Source of the DNA: Hormiphora californensis
Taxonomy: Eukaryota > Animalia > Ctenophora
NCBI GenBank assembly: GCA_020137815.1
Contig: CM035355.1
Location: 992,001 to 1,056,000 of the forward strand
Length of the DNA stretch: 64,000 bases
Reading direction: 5' to 3'
Below are positions 46,544 to 58,742 of the stretch, piece after piece (position 1 is the stretch's first letter; the number at the start of each line of letters is the position of its first letter). The notes below the pieces were generated by a model, which ran no database searches, was not told the DNA's origin, and saw nothing but the letters and a program-made list of their open reading frames with translations. The position numbers and the translations under genes were made by a program.

Positions 46544-47529
46544 AGGAAAAGTTGAACTTTGTGGATTGTACAATATGAGCTGTAAATAGTCGTTGCATGA
46601 TATAAACCTTTTTGGCATTTAAATTGCGTGTTTTTATTCGTGAATCGTGGAATCGAGTCCTTTTTTCAACTCTTCATCTTTTATTTCTGTGATATTATAA
46701 CACCGTTTCCTGATAAGATAGATACTTGATCCCGGGTGTATTGGAAATGGAAGGGTCTTGAAATCCTCTTTCCAATACACCCGGGATGAATTCTTTATCT
46801 TATCAGGAACCGCAGATATCATTAGAAATGTAAAAAATGGTTTAAAAATGACAAAAGGTGATAAAAATAATAATAAAAAGTTCAAAAAACTTTTTGATGA
46901 GATTTTGGTACGCGCAAATATAATGTCGCGCAATAGAAAAGTTAAAATGCGCGCGTTAAATAAAACGCGCGCGATCCTTTTTTTGATTTCTATTCATATA
47001 TCATCGAGTTCTCAGAGTTTTCATTTTTTCACTTTTTTGTGTTTTTTTGCTAAATTTTTTCGTTTTTGTCTCCATTTTCTTCTCTTCTCTCGTCCGAAAA
47101 GTGGGTCCTTGACCCACAGGACCCAGCCACTGGCATGTAGCATAATATACCAAGCCCTCTTGAGTCTTGAGTTTTGTGAAATTTCCCTCGGTCTTGCTCC
47201 ACCCCTGATAAAGATTGAGATAGACTTGAAAGTCATATCGAGTTCTTCATTACCTCAAAATTTAAAGTCTCGTCAAGGGGTGGAACAATGACCATCGGAA
47301 ATTTCCCAAGCTCCAGTGAAGTCTATTGTTGCTTTTTCCTTTAAAGGAACACCTTCAAATTTCTGGCAGTCCCCTCATTGACAAATGACACACTCCCACA
47401 ACAAGGGGACTGGAGAGATTGCTGTGCATCAGTTGTTAAAGTTGTGCACAAGTATACAAATAAACAGCTACTATTTTCTGGTTGTAAGCACCTGTAAACG
47501 AGCTTGAAGAGTGCCGGAATTTTAATACT

Positions 47530-48250
47530 GTATCCATATAATAAATTCCATAATGTTAGTCAGTCTGTCCGTTAATTGGTTTTTCAAACTCCTCCCACAG
47601 TTTTTGAGCTAGACCCCTGAAAATTTGTACACTGGTACCTTGGACCAAGGCGGATGTAAGTACGGGCTCAGATTTTTGATCCGATTTTTACAGCAGTGAC
47701 GTCACGGGGTGACGTCATTGCGACAAAAAGACTTACATTTTTCAAACGCTTCTAAGACCCTTAAAACGGCTCTAAATCAAAAAACTAACGCAATAGTGGG
47801 GAAAGAGAATCGTTTGAACTTCATTTTACTTGATAGCGATTTCCCGTAACTCAATGTTTAAGGGTCGTAAATCGCGTCGGGAAAGTTAAAAATGCCAAAA
47901 ATACGATATTTTTCACCGTAGCCACCCAAAATCTTATCCAATCGATATGAAACTTGGTCGTTATGTGAATTTTAATGTCCTTTGGCCAGGGGTTCCCGAA
48001 AAACGGATTGGCAAGATGAGAACTGACCGGAGTTCTTATAATTCTAAATTCACGAATTTGGAATTTTTCGTCGACTTTTTTTGGCGACATAAAACGCGAG
48101 AAAATTTTCAATGAATTTTAAAATTTTACACTGCGCGCGTAATTTTAGGTTCCGCGCGCGGCGTAAAAAAGCAGTGCTTTTTTGGGAAAATTCGCGCGTT
48201 ACAGTAAATGATTTACCCGCCTCGCCAAAATTGTAATGGCCGTTTTTTCA
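47530..48250. mobile_element. Probable non-autonomous repeat (Helentron/HINE-like core) in the AK8-MBOAT7 spacer
   Basis: GTCAGTCTGTCCG...AAACTCCTCC...GAGCTAGACCCCTGAAAATTTG core and CpG/CGCG-rich, TTTT-rich composition typical of invertebrate repeats; termini not resolved. Confidence 0.35.
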
Positions 48251-48268
48251 AAAACCCAAGGTGTATGA

Positions 48269-48507
48269 TAGTAGGAGCGGTTAGATCACCACGTGGTTAA
48301 AGTCGCGTGCCACCCCTTTTTGAGCATTGTCATAGCTCCTCGAGGTCGCATCCAATCAAGAAATGTCCCCCAAGTTTTCGCTTCTCCTTGAGGAGATCTA
48401 CAGGTTTGATGAAGGTCACTTTTGGATTGGATGCGAAATGAAGCCGTGAGAGTAACCTGAGATTAGGGTGCGACTTTCTGCACGTGCTGATCTAACCGCT
48501 CCTACTA
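48269..48507. mobile_element. 239-bp MITE with TAGT termini and 3-bp TSD (Academ-like)
   Basis: TAGTAGGAGCGGTTAGATCA / TGATCTAACCGCTCCTACTA; TGA on both flanks (48266-48268, 48508-48510). Confidence 0.8.
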
Positions 48508-48884
48508 TGAGACTCATTGCTCTAAGGAACAAACAAATTATCTTTTAAAAATCAAACACAAATGTAAATAGACATTTTGACAAACACAAATGTAAATATA
48601 CATTTTGACAAAGGAGGACCCACGAGATGGGAATTTCTGCACTATATGTTTGTATTGTGTGTTATTTATTTGAATTTGAATTTGAAATTTGAATGTCACC
48701 GGTTACCAGGTCACGGGTTCCCAGCAAACGGGTACTCTAGTTTTAATAATAATAATAATAATAATATCGAATATTTATATCGAATATTTATATCCCGCTA
48801 TAATGCGTTAAATATGCTAGTTCACTACTCGTTTGTACTAGAACTAAAAGATATACTTAAAGAACATCGAGATTACTGTTAAAA

Positions 48885-51800
48885 CTCAGAAAGTGGAGCA
48901 GAAAGAGACCCCTCGCTCAGCTCCTCCAAACCCAAAGAAGAAGAAGAAGAAGATTAACAAAACTGAGACCGATCCCCGTGCCGCGACCAATGACATCCGT
49001 TCACAAGAGGATTTTCTCATGGCATTGATGGCCTCAGTGAGGGACGAGATTCTTCGAGAAGTAAAGACGTCACTGAACTCATCTCTACAGTCCTTCAGGG
49101 AAGAGATGACGAGGGAACACACACCCCGGCCCAAACATCTGACACTCACACAACCAGGCCTGAACACCCCGACCAACTACCAAGGGGTTCTGGAACGGTT
49201 TCGGAATTACTCCTCATCAACGCCCGCAGTTTAACGCCTTCCGCGGCTAGTGACTGTCGGTGGAAGTTTTCTTTTATCAAGGACTCACTGGAGAATCCGT
49301 CAATACCCATCCTTTGCACCGGTATTACGGAGACCTGGTGGCATGATGATTTCTCTGATGCCCAATTGGAGATTGAAGGCTTTCACCTAACTCGTTGTGA
49401 CAGAGCGGGTAGAAGAGGTGGCGGTTGTGCACTCTACATTAACAATCAACTGACCCCTTCCTCTGAGTTCAGATTCTCAGACACGTCCAATAGTGCGGCT
49501 GCTGTATACATCAAGGAGACCCACTCGGTTTTCTGTGTTGTGTACAGGGCGCCATCTTCCCCTGCGAATGATCTTTTTGATGATCTATCCCGTTTCATTG
49601 ATCAGTGCGAACTCGACAAGGGTTGTCCTGACATCTATGTCATGGGCGACTTCAATATGCCAGACATAGACTGGGGGACACTCACTGGAGGACCTAGCTC
49701 ACAGATGCTACTAAAATTTGTGAACTCATATTTTCTCACTCAGCTTGTTGACTCTCCAACACGGGGCTTGAATATTCTAGACCTCGTTCTCACCAACCGG
49801 CCAGACTATGTCTTCAAAACTGAGGTATCGGAGTCGTGTATTTCTGACCATAATATGATCAGCTCTACACTTGGGTTTGGTATCTTACCCACTCGTCAAT
49901 CAGACCATCGATTCACGGACTTTGATATTTACAACTTTCACGAGGCTAACTTCCCTGAAATGTGTAGGGAGTTGGACCAGATCGACTGGCTAGCACTCGC
50001 CGACATCTGCGATGACGGTGATGGTTCTGATTTCGTTCAACTTTTCACCCTGACTGTTCTACAGGTCTTATCTCACCACTCTCGTAAGAAGAAGGCCCGT
50101 AAAAAAAGAAGGGACCCTATTCTCAGGAAATTGAAAGTGAAACAGCGGAGTTTGAATAAACGAATTACTCTTGCCCGGCAGAATAAACCTCACCTTTTGC
50201 CACAGCTAGAGGTTGGTGTTTCCAGAATTACTTGGGCCATCTTGTGTCACATTTCTCAGCCACCTACCTGCCAGAATTTTACGTGACTGCCGATCATCGC
50301 TGTCCTACCCCCTATCCATCTTATGGGCCAAATCGTTTGATTCTGGTATTGTACCACCCTGTCTGAAACTTCAGTACATTGCACCCCTCTACAAAAAGGG
50401 TCCTAAAATGAAAGCTGAAAATTACCGCCCGATCTCCCTCACCAGCCACATTGCCAAGACATTTGAACGGGTTGTAAGATCTCAAATGGTGTCATACTTT
50501 GAATCAGAGAACTTGTTTAACGAGTCTCAGCATGGATTTAGAAGCAAGAGGAGCTGCTTATCCCAACTCACTCGTCACATTGACAATATTCTGAACAATC
50601 TCAACAACCTTCTTGAAGTGGATGTAATCTACTTAGACTTCGAGAAGGCTTTTGATAAAGTTGACATCGGTATACTTCTCGAAAAGCTGCAGAGATATGG
50701 AGTTAAGGGCAAACTCCTTGAATGGATCCGCAGCTTCCTACTAGACCGGAAACAAACGGTCTTAGTCGACGGCGTAGCGTCTTCTTTTGCAGAAGTCAGA
50801 AGTGGGGTCCCACAAGGGACTGTTCTCGGTCCACTTTTATTTCTGATTTATGTAATTGACCTGGAATCCGTAATCAAACACGGTTCTTCTTTGTCGTTCG
50901 CTGATGACACTAAAATCTTCTCTGCTATCCGTACTATGGTTGACAAATTGAACCTACAGGAGGATCTGAACAGTGTGATAACCTGGGCTGACGCTAACAA
51001 TATGTCCTTGCACCAGTCAAAGTTCGAGGTCATGAATTTCACCCTGAATCACACCAGTTCGCTTAGAGAAGTACCGTTCAGTGCTGAGAACTATTCCTAT
51101 CAACTCTCTGATGGGAGGTTCATCGATCCAACAGACACTGTCCGAGACTTAGGTGTTCTACTCTCGAGTGATGGTCAATGGTCGGCCCAAATATCTCGAG
51201 TTGTTACCACGGCTAGTCGGGTTGCTGGATGGACGTTAAGTGCATTTAGATCCAGAACTCGCCGCACCATGATGACTCTTTACAAGTCACTGGTGCGTCC
51301 CCATCTTGACTACTGTTGCACACTGTGGTCACCTTCCAAAAATGGGGATATCAGTCGTGTTGAGGATATTCAACGATCGTACACCCGTAAGATCGTTGGT
51401 CTCAAGGGGCTGAACTACTGGCAACGTCTTCAAACCCTGGGACTTTTGTCGCTTCAGCGCCGACGAGAGAGGTACACTATGATTCTTGTGTGGAAAGTGT
51501 ACAACAATGAGATACCCAACAGTACTGACATGTGTTTCGTCGACAGTCACCGCTCTGGCCCTAGAGCTGTCGTCCCTCGATACTCGTACGAGGCTCAACG
51601 ATCTATCTTGTCGCTATATGAACAATCATTTGCGGTACTGGGGACAAGGTTGTGGAACACTTTGCCTCGATCTGTAAAGGAGGCCCCAACTCTTTATCAG
51701 TTCAAATCTCAGCTAGGTAGTTTCCTCTCTACCATTCCGGATACACCCCCCATCAGCGGTTATCCTGCTCAAGCAAACAGCAACTCAATACTAGAGTGGT

Positions 51801-51942
51801 GTCCATGATGCGTGTTAGTGTGTTATGTGTCGCTGTGCTGTGAGTGTACTGAGTATTGACTCTTTTTAGGAGGTTTATCTTTTTAAATATCCTGTGTGTT
51901 ACGCAAATTTATGAATTTGATTTGATTTGAATTTGATTTGAA
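48885..51942 (+). mobile_element. CR1-group LINE: ORF1 3' part, APE endonuclease, internal deletion at ~50260, RT, (TTTGA/TTTGAA) tail
   Basis: INARSL, ITETW, GDFNMPDIDW, LDLVLTN, SDHNMI; YRPISLTS, QHGFR, YLDFEKAFDKV, GVPQGTVLGPLLF, FADDTK, LQRRRER; 3' short tandem repeat at ~51913-51942. Confidence 0.93.
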
Positions 51943-52059
51943 CACCGCGTCTATAGCGGCCTTCTCAGAGCCAGAGAAATGCCATTTAAGCTATTTTGAT
52001 AACAAGAAATAAAAATGAAGAAAGAAAGTTTGACATTATATTTATTCCTCAGTGAAGGC

Positions 52060-54151
52060 ATGGACCAGGTTTGGGAAAACCTGCATTGGATTTGTGAAGT
52101 GGTAAGTTACTAACCTACAGGTACCTGATGACGCCATTTTCAATGTCGAACAATCTGACACCTTTTAGTTACAAGGCGATAATGTGGCATTTCTGGTTTT
52201 ACTCGTGTCCTCCTTCCCTGCTGCTTTATTCATGAAGTATTTGGGATCTCCAACATCGAAACAGACGTTCAGCAGTGTCCTAGCACTCCTTCAAACATGG
52301 TTTATATGCAAAGGAGACACGATCATCCCCATCGCACTCTCCATCCTGTCATACCTAGCCCTGATCGTCATCCCTAAACGACTCATCGGGAGGATAACCT
52401 TCCATCTAACATTCAGTTTTCTACTTGTCTTTAAGTAAGCATTGGTGTATTTGCTGACTAGTTAATACCGCTTTTACGAGCCACTGTTGCGGATATCTTG
52501 CTCACACGCTGTTTTCAGATTGTTGGTGTTTTCTGAAATATTCATCCCTTCATACATGACAGATGCTGTGCTTTTGCTCATGGTTCTAAGGGTAGGTCTT
52601 TTTACTGCTTCTTTCTCTAACCTGATAATGCCTTCCTCTGCTAAAAGTAGCTTCATTATTTCATCTCTCCCCTCACAGATTGTCAGTTACGCATACGATT
52701 ATCAGCATGACGATGTTTTAGAGGGAGATAACAAAGATAGCAAACCATCCACCAGCATCGCCTTCTTTGATTTCATCGGATATTGCTTTTGTTTTGTTGG
52801 ATATTGGACAGGACCATTCTACAACTATCGTACATACTATAACATGGTACCAGGACAGAAAGAAAGACGTATACTTGATTAAATTTATAAACTCAAAAGT
52901 TTCAGACTATTTAACTCTCGCACCTCCCCCTGTAGCTGCACTCACAGACGCTAATCCGGTCATCTAAGTTGGCCCTTTGGCACATGCGATGGATGCTGAT
53001 CCTGCTTCCCATTCACCTCGCCCAAAATGCCCTAATTCCCCTTGACTATGTGATGGAACCTGAATTCGTTGAGCGATCCTTCCTCTACAAATACCTGTAC
53101 ATGTTTGCCGGTTTCTGGACCTTCAAGTGAGTCAGCACATCCGTAGTTTTCCTCTCCATATAATATCTGTTTCATAATTATTCAGTATGATCTACCTATC
53201 TAAATGTTTCATATTGTTTTACAACTTTCTCTCCCCACAATTCAGATGTAAGTTCTACGGTGGATGGGTAATGGCAGAGGGTATTTGCATTGCATGCAAC
53301 CTTGGAACCGAGGAAAAGGATGACGGGAGTGTTGACTATAGCTCAATCATCAACATCGATATTTACAATGTAAGAAATCTATTTTTAGTAACACACAACT
53401 ATAGGAAGTACGCATACTTTTTCACTCATTTACCCGTCTAATCTAAATACAGACGGAGATACAGTGGGAGTTGGCCAACTGCTGTTCGAGCATGGAACAA
53501 GAGCGTCCAGCGGTGGATGAAAAGTTATGTCTACGACACGACAACCCTTCCGAAATCCATCAGAACTGATTTTGTGTTTGGAATCAGTGCTTTCTGGCAT
53601 GGAGTTAGGCCCGGGTACTATCTGACATTCTTTAGTGCTCCACCAATGATGAAACTGCAACAGAAAGTGGGGAATTTGTCTCGGAGCTACCGGGCTGCTC
53701 ACCCTCAAGCCGAAATGGTAGGTGGTGTGATGTTGTGTTGTTCGATTGTCAACGATATATTTAAATATATATATTTGCTATGTCTAACTATCTTATGTTG
53801 GCTACTATTTATTATTAAAAGTGTATAACATAAACACACAGGTCACAGATAATCCATTGCAGGTGTATCGGGTTGTTAACTGGCTGTTTGTCAGGCTCAT
53901 GTCCTGCATGTTCTTCCTACCTTTCTACATCCTCAACTTGAACACCATTCTAAACGTAAGGATATCCTTTGTTTTGTCACTGTTATAGCCCTCAATTAAT
54001 CCTGTTCGTTGTAGCCCCCCTTTGTAACCCTCAAATTGTTCTGCAGGTGTGGTCCAGTATGTACTGGGTACCATGGATCGCCATCTCAGTTGTTATTATA
54101 CTCGGCATTGCCCTCCCAACAGGACCCAGACCTGACAAAAAATCATCATAA
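52060..54151 (+). CDS. MBOAT7: MBOAT lysophospholipid acyltransferase, MBOAT7/LPIAT1-like
   Basis: Exons from MDQVWENLHWICEV|LQGDNVAFL; TGPFYNYRTY, FYGGWVMAEG.CIA..LG, DY..I.NID, WNKSVQRWM..YVY, SAFWHGVRPGYYLTF (catalytic His motif); one +1 frameshift at ~53473. Orthology to MBOAT7 rather than another MBOAT is less certain. Confidence 0.8.
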
Positions 54152-54204
54152 ACATATTATATTGAGTTACTTTTTGGGATTAGATACTTCGATTAAACCA
54201 TATA

Positions 54205-54376
54205 CAGTCGGACCCCGATTTAACGGCACCCTCGGGGGAAAGGGTTTTGTCCGTTAAATCGGGGTGTCCGCTAAATCGGGGTCAAATACTGTTGATTTTC
54301 TATATCGGGGGAAGATTAGGCTGCCGTTAAATCGGGGTGCCGCTAAATCGGGGGCCGTTAAATCGGGGTGCGACTG
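54205..54376. mobile_element. Tc1/mariner (pogo-type) MITE, CAGTC...GACTG with TA TSD; related fragment ~30505-30542
   Basis: TA|CAGTCGGACCCCGATTTAACGGC ... GCCGTTAAATCGGGGTGCGACTG|TA; internal TAAATCGGGG repeats. Confidence 0.85.
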
Positions 54377-54842
54377 TAGATCTATCTAAACCTCTACCAT
54401 TGTGAGGACCACTAGCTTGTTGCGAGTACCAAGTAATTTGTAAATCAGTTGACTAATGACTAGCGGGTTATTTTTAGAAACATATAACGATAATGTATGT
54501 ATTAATAATTATCATATTATGTATGCTCAGAGTTTACGATGTAAGATATATATTCCTGTACTAATAGTTGTTTGTGATTTTGTGTAGTTTCTGAGAGTGT
54601 TGATTTTTAGTGGCTGATTTCGTGTTGTATTTTTTGTAGACATAAGTTGCAGTAATGATTGTGTGCTAAAACTAAACATGTTTTTTGAATAAACTGAGTT
54701 TAATTACCTTTCTGCCCCAGCTGACTGACCTATCCCTGAAGTATTTCTCCAGCTCTCTGTTTAGAGTTACAGCCAACGTCCCGATCTAAAGTTATGTCCC
54801 ACCTCACGATCTAACGCTATACCCCACAACTAGAGACACATA

Positions 54843-56669
54843 ATGGACAGTCCGGAAGAAGTACCCTCTCCCCTCCTCACCTCCAACAGTCCGGAAGATG
54901 AGGAGGGGGAACTGCAGCGACCCTGCACTCCTGAGTTAGATCTTCCCGATGATATTGACCCTCCTTCCTCCCCTCCCATGTCTCCCCCGCCAGGTACTTT
55001 ATTGTAACACCATTCTGAGAAACGTCCTATGCTATGACGGAGTTTCTATCTCCCATTATATCTGACAGGCCACGGTTGTTCTTTTATGAGCTTGTCGTTT
55101 TTGCCCATCTTCCAGTCGCTTGTCTGGGCACCTCTCACGATCTGCTAAATTGACCCCAGAGCACTGTTAGGAAATCCCGACCACTAACAAAAGCCCACCT
55201 CAGGAGTTTCTGCTATATATTCTGTTATAATATAATGAGCTTGTTGTGTTTGCCCATCTTCCAGTGCCTTGTCTGGACTCCACTCATGATGCTAAATTCA
55301 CCCGCAGGAGTTTCTGCTGATGCGGGTGTGACCTCTGAGCCGGTTCCTAGTGGTAGCAGGTCCTCAAGAGAACAGAACGATTTTGCCCTCCCTGACAATC
55401 TCAGTGACAATGAGGACCAGGCTACCGGCCAGGCCCAGAGATCAGGTTGGTGATGACCAAATATGGGCATGAATAATACATTACTCTTTAATTGAAGGTG
55501 GTAAATCTCTAATCCTATTTTCCTCTCCAGGTCTGATAAACGATATTTTCGGCGACTCTGATGAAGAAGAGGAAGAGGAATCATCCAAACTTCCCTCCAC
55601 CCTTGACGACCTTGAAGATGATCTCCCCGGGACCTCTTCATTCACAGACTCCACTGCTGCCCTAACTGCCGAGGAGGCGATGGGAATTATACCAGAGCCG
55701 GGGATCACCACTACCGGATCAGCAGTTAAAACTGACGGAGAGGGAGGACCGAAAGAAGATCCAGATACGGATGAAGAGTTGGAGATGTTGAACAGGAATG
55801 ATGGATCGGGGGTGTTTGTTAGTGATTTTGATGCCATGATGGAGAAGAAGAAGCAGGAGAGAAAGAGGACAATGGCAAGGAAGAAGAAGGATGAATTCAT
55901 CACAACTGCAGACGATAGAATAATGTGTATGATCTCCAAAATGAAGGAGGCTGCGGAGGAAGATCGAAGGTTGAACACCGCGGGTCAGGCGGCAGTAAAC
56001 AAGCTGGCTATGTTAAAAGTTGTTATAAACCAGCTCAAGAAATCGGACCTCCATTCGTCGTTTATTGAGTGTGGAATACTTCCCGTTCTAGCTGACTGGC
56101 TGTCACCCCTTCCCGATAACTCCCTGCCTCACCTCTCTATCAGAAGGGAAGTACTCAGTACGCTCCGCTCCTTCAAACAGATCAGCACTGATATGCTGAA
56201 GGAGAGCAAGCTAGGTAGTGTTGTCATGGGACTTTACAAGAACAATAAGGAACAGTTCAGTAACAGGGAAGTAGCCAGGAAACTAATTTACAACTGGGCA
56301 AGACCCATCTTTGGGCTGGATAGTGATTACAGTGCCATGAGCAGGGAGGAGAGAGAGAAAGAGGATCAGATTCACATGTTGAAGAACAGAAGGAAGAGAA
56401 AGAAGGTTGACGAGGAGCAGCCGGAGGGTGAGAAACCCGGGGATAAGAACTTTATTCTGAGGGCACGGGTACCAGTTCCCTCTAACACAGATTATGTAAA
56501 CCGGCCCCGATCTAAGATTGATGAAGATGTGGTTGTGAAGCGTCATAAACAGAAGGACACAAAGTTTGATAAACTGAATCAGCTCATGCAAAACAAGAAG
56601 AAAATGGCAAACCCTAACAGCTTGAGGTCTTCCTCCGTGTGTATTACTGGTAACAAGATGCCTCTGTAA
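54843..56669 (+). CDS. IWS1: IWS1/Spn1 transcription elongation factor, 3 exons (54843-54993, 55309-55446, 55532-56669)
   Basis: DIFGDSDEE, SDFDAMM, M.EAAEEDR.LN, DWLSPLPD.SLP, WARPIFG, RARVP.PS..DYV.RP. Confidence 0.93.
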
Positions 56670-56970
56670 GAGTGAGAGAGAGAGAATCACATCTGCAGGA
56701 CAGAAATATTAGGAGACTTGCTTGGAGACGGGTGGAGTGTGTGTGTGTGTGAGAGAGGGAGAGAGAAGTATGCGTATTTATTTGGTTTGTGATGGACTAG
56801 TAGTATTGGCTGAATCGTTAAGTGCGAGAAAATTAAAGAGAAATGTTCACAATGCTGGTATGATATTGTTTATCCATACACCCATTTAAAAACAACTTGT
56901 TTTGGTAATTTGTCAATCCATATATCGCTACGTAATCTATATTTCACTACAACTATATTTTCACTCAGTA

Positions 56971-58630
56971 ATGTTAGCTACGAGGTGTTTAAAAAGTGTA
57001 GCAGCAGCCGTTAGATGCACCAGAACAAGTTCCACGAATGAGGGTGTGTTTGCTCCCTTTGAAGAGCCAGATTTACCCGAGGAGAATCAGCCCAGGTCAG
57101 AATAGAAGGGGTGTACTATTTTGGTGGCAGAAGGAGGGGGCGGGTGATGTGCGTTTTTGGTGGCAGAAGGGGGAGGGTGATGTGGGTTTGATGGTGTTAG
57201 GGAGAGTAGTGATGGAGATTGGGTTGCTTTTATTAAAAACATAGGGAACATAGTTTTTCGTAATAATATTCTACGATAGTTAACATTGAAAATGCATGCG
57301 TCCCAAAAACAACTAACAAAACTTATTCTCCTCCTCTTACCTCTCTGATCTCTCTCTCTCCCCATCACAACAATACATCGTCTAAAAGTGCTCCTTTCCC
57401 TCTAAGCACACAGTCCTTTTCCCTTCTTCAATCTGTACACTGCATGTCTCACAATGGATTCCAAATCCACAGAGATCTCTTCCTCCTTCCATCCTCCTTG
57501 TTCCCTCAGCATCTCCAATGCCTTCTCAACTCCCCAACACGCCCCCAGCCCGACCCCCTCCATTGCTAGAGATACAGACATGCAGTGATGGAGGGAGATA
57601 TTATAGAGTGCTGCCGATATGGGGTTCTTACTCTCCTTAACCATGTCAGTAGAGGTATTGATATCCACCATTGTAACCATCCCATCCTCCTTCAGGACTC
57701 TCTTCAGCCCCTTCATAGCATCAGCAGGGTGGGGGAGATCGTGCATACAATCAAATATCATAAGATAATCAAAAGTACCGTTCCACTCCTCTGGCATATT
57801 GCAGAAGTCATTTACAATGTACTCGATATTATCTATCTTGTTTTCCTCTTTGTTCTGGGCAATCACTTCTTCAGCGATATCAAAAGCAATAAAAGTGCTG
57901 TTTGGGAAAGCCTCTGCCATACCCTTGACATGGAGACCCCGTCCGCAGCCAGGTTCCAAGACCCTGATCCCCTTATTTAGAGCTGCACGGAGTTCTGGAC
58001 CAACTGAATCCACAAACTGCTGGGGGTAGTTGGTGTTCTTGTTCTTGACCCGTGTCCAGTTCTCCATCCAGGGGTGGAAGTTGGGGTAGTCCGAGTATGG
58101 GCAACCCAGGGGTCCATCCTTCTTGAAACTAGCCCCAATTTTAGGTTCTTTATCCATGGTAAACTCTAGACATGTGTAGAAGCAAAGTAGCTCCGAATCA
58201 GGTAGCAGAGCACCAGAGATATCCTCACTGCAGGATACCATCGGACCCTCTGATAGCTGGAGAACTCCTGCACAGGACAGCACTCCACACCACTCCCTAA
58301 CCCATCTCTCTTTACAACCCGCAGCCTCTGCCAGGTCCGCAAAGGTCCACTTTTTACCAGGAGATGCGTGTAGGGTAGTCCACAGGCCGGCATAGTGGCC
58401 AGCTATTATTGCCGAGCTGGCATGACCTCCTACGAGAATAGGACCTAGCGTTTCCATAGTGGTAGCTAGGGAGTAATAGAATCAGTATTATTATAGAGCG
58501 ATGAAATAAAGCACAACATGGAATATAATGAGGAACTGAGGCCATGAGAACATAAAAACTCTTTTAAATATGATACCCCTCTCTAGGCGCCTTTCTCTCT
58601 TTTTTCTTTATATCTCTCTCTTTTCTCTCT

Positions 58631-58676
<46 letters not shown>

Positions 58677-58680
58677 TCTC

Positions 58681-58742
<62 letters not shown>

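Noticed and set aside
46634-47291. Opposing 99-177 aa ORFs downstream of AK8
   Set aside because: AT-rich, repeat-like sequence with Lys/Phe-biased translations and no motifs.
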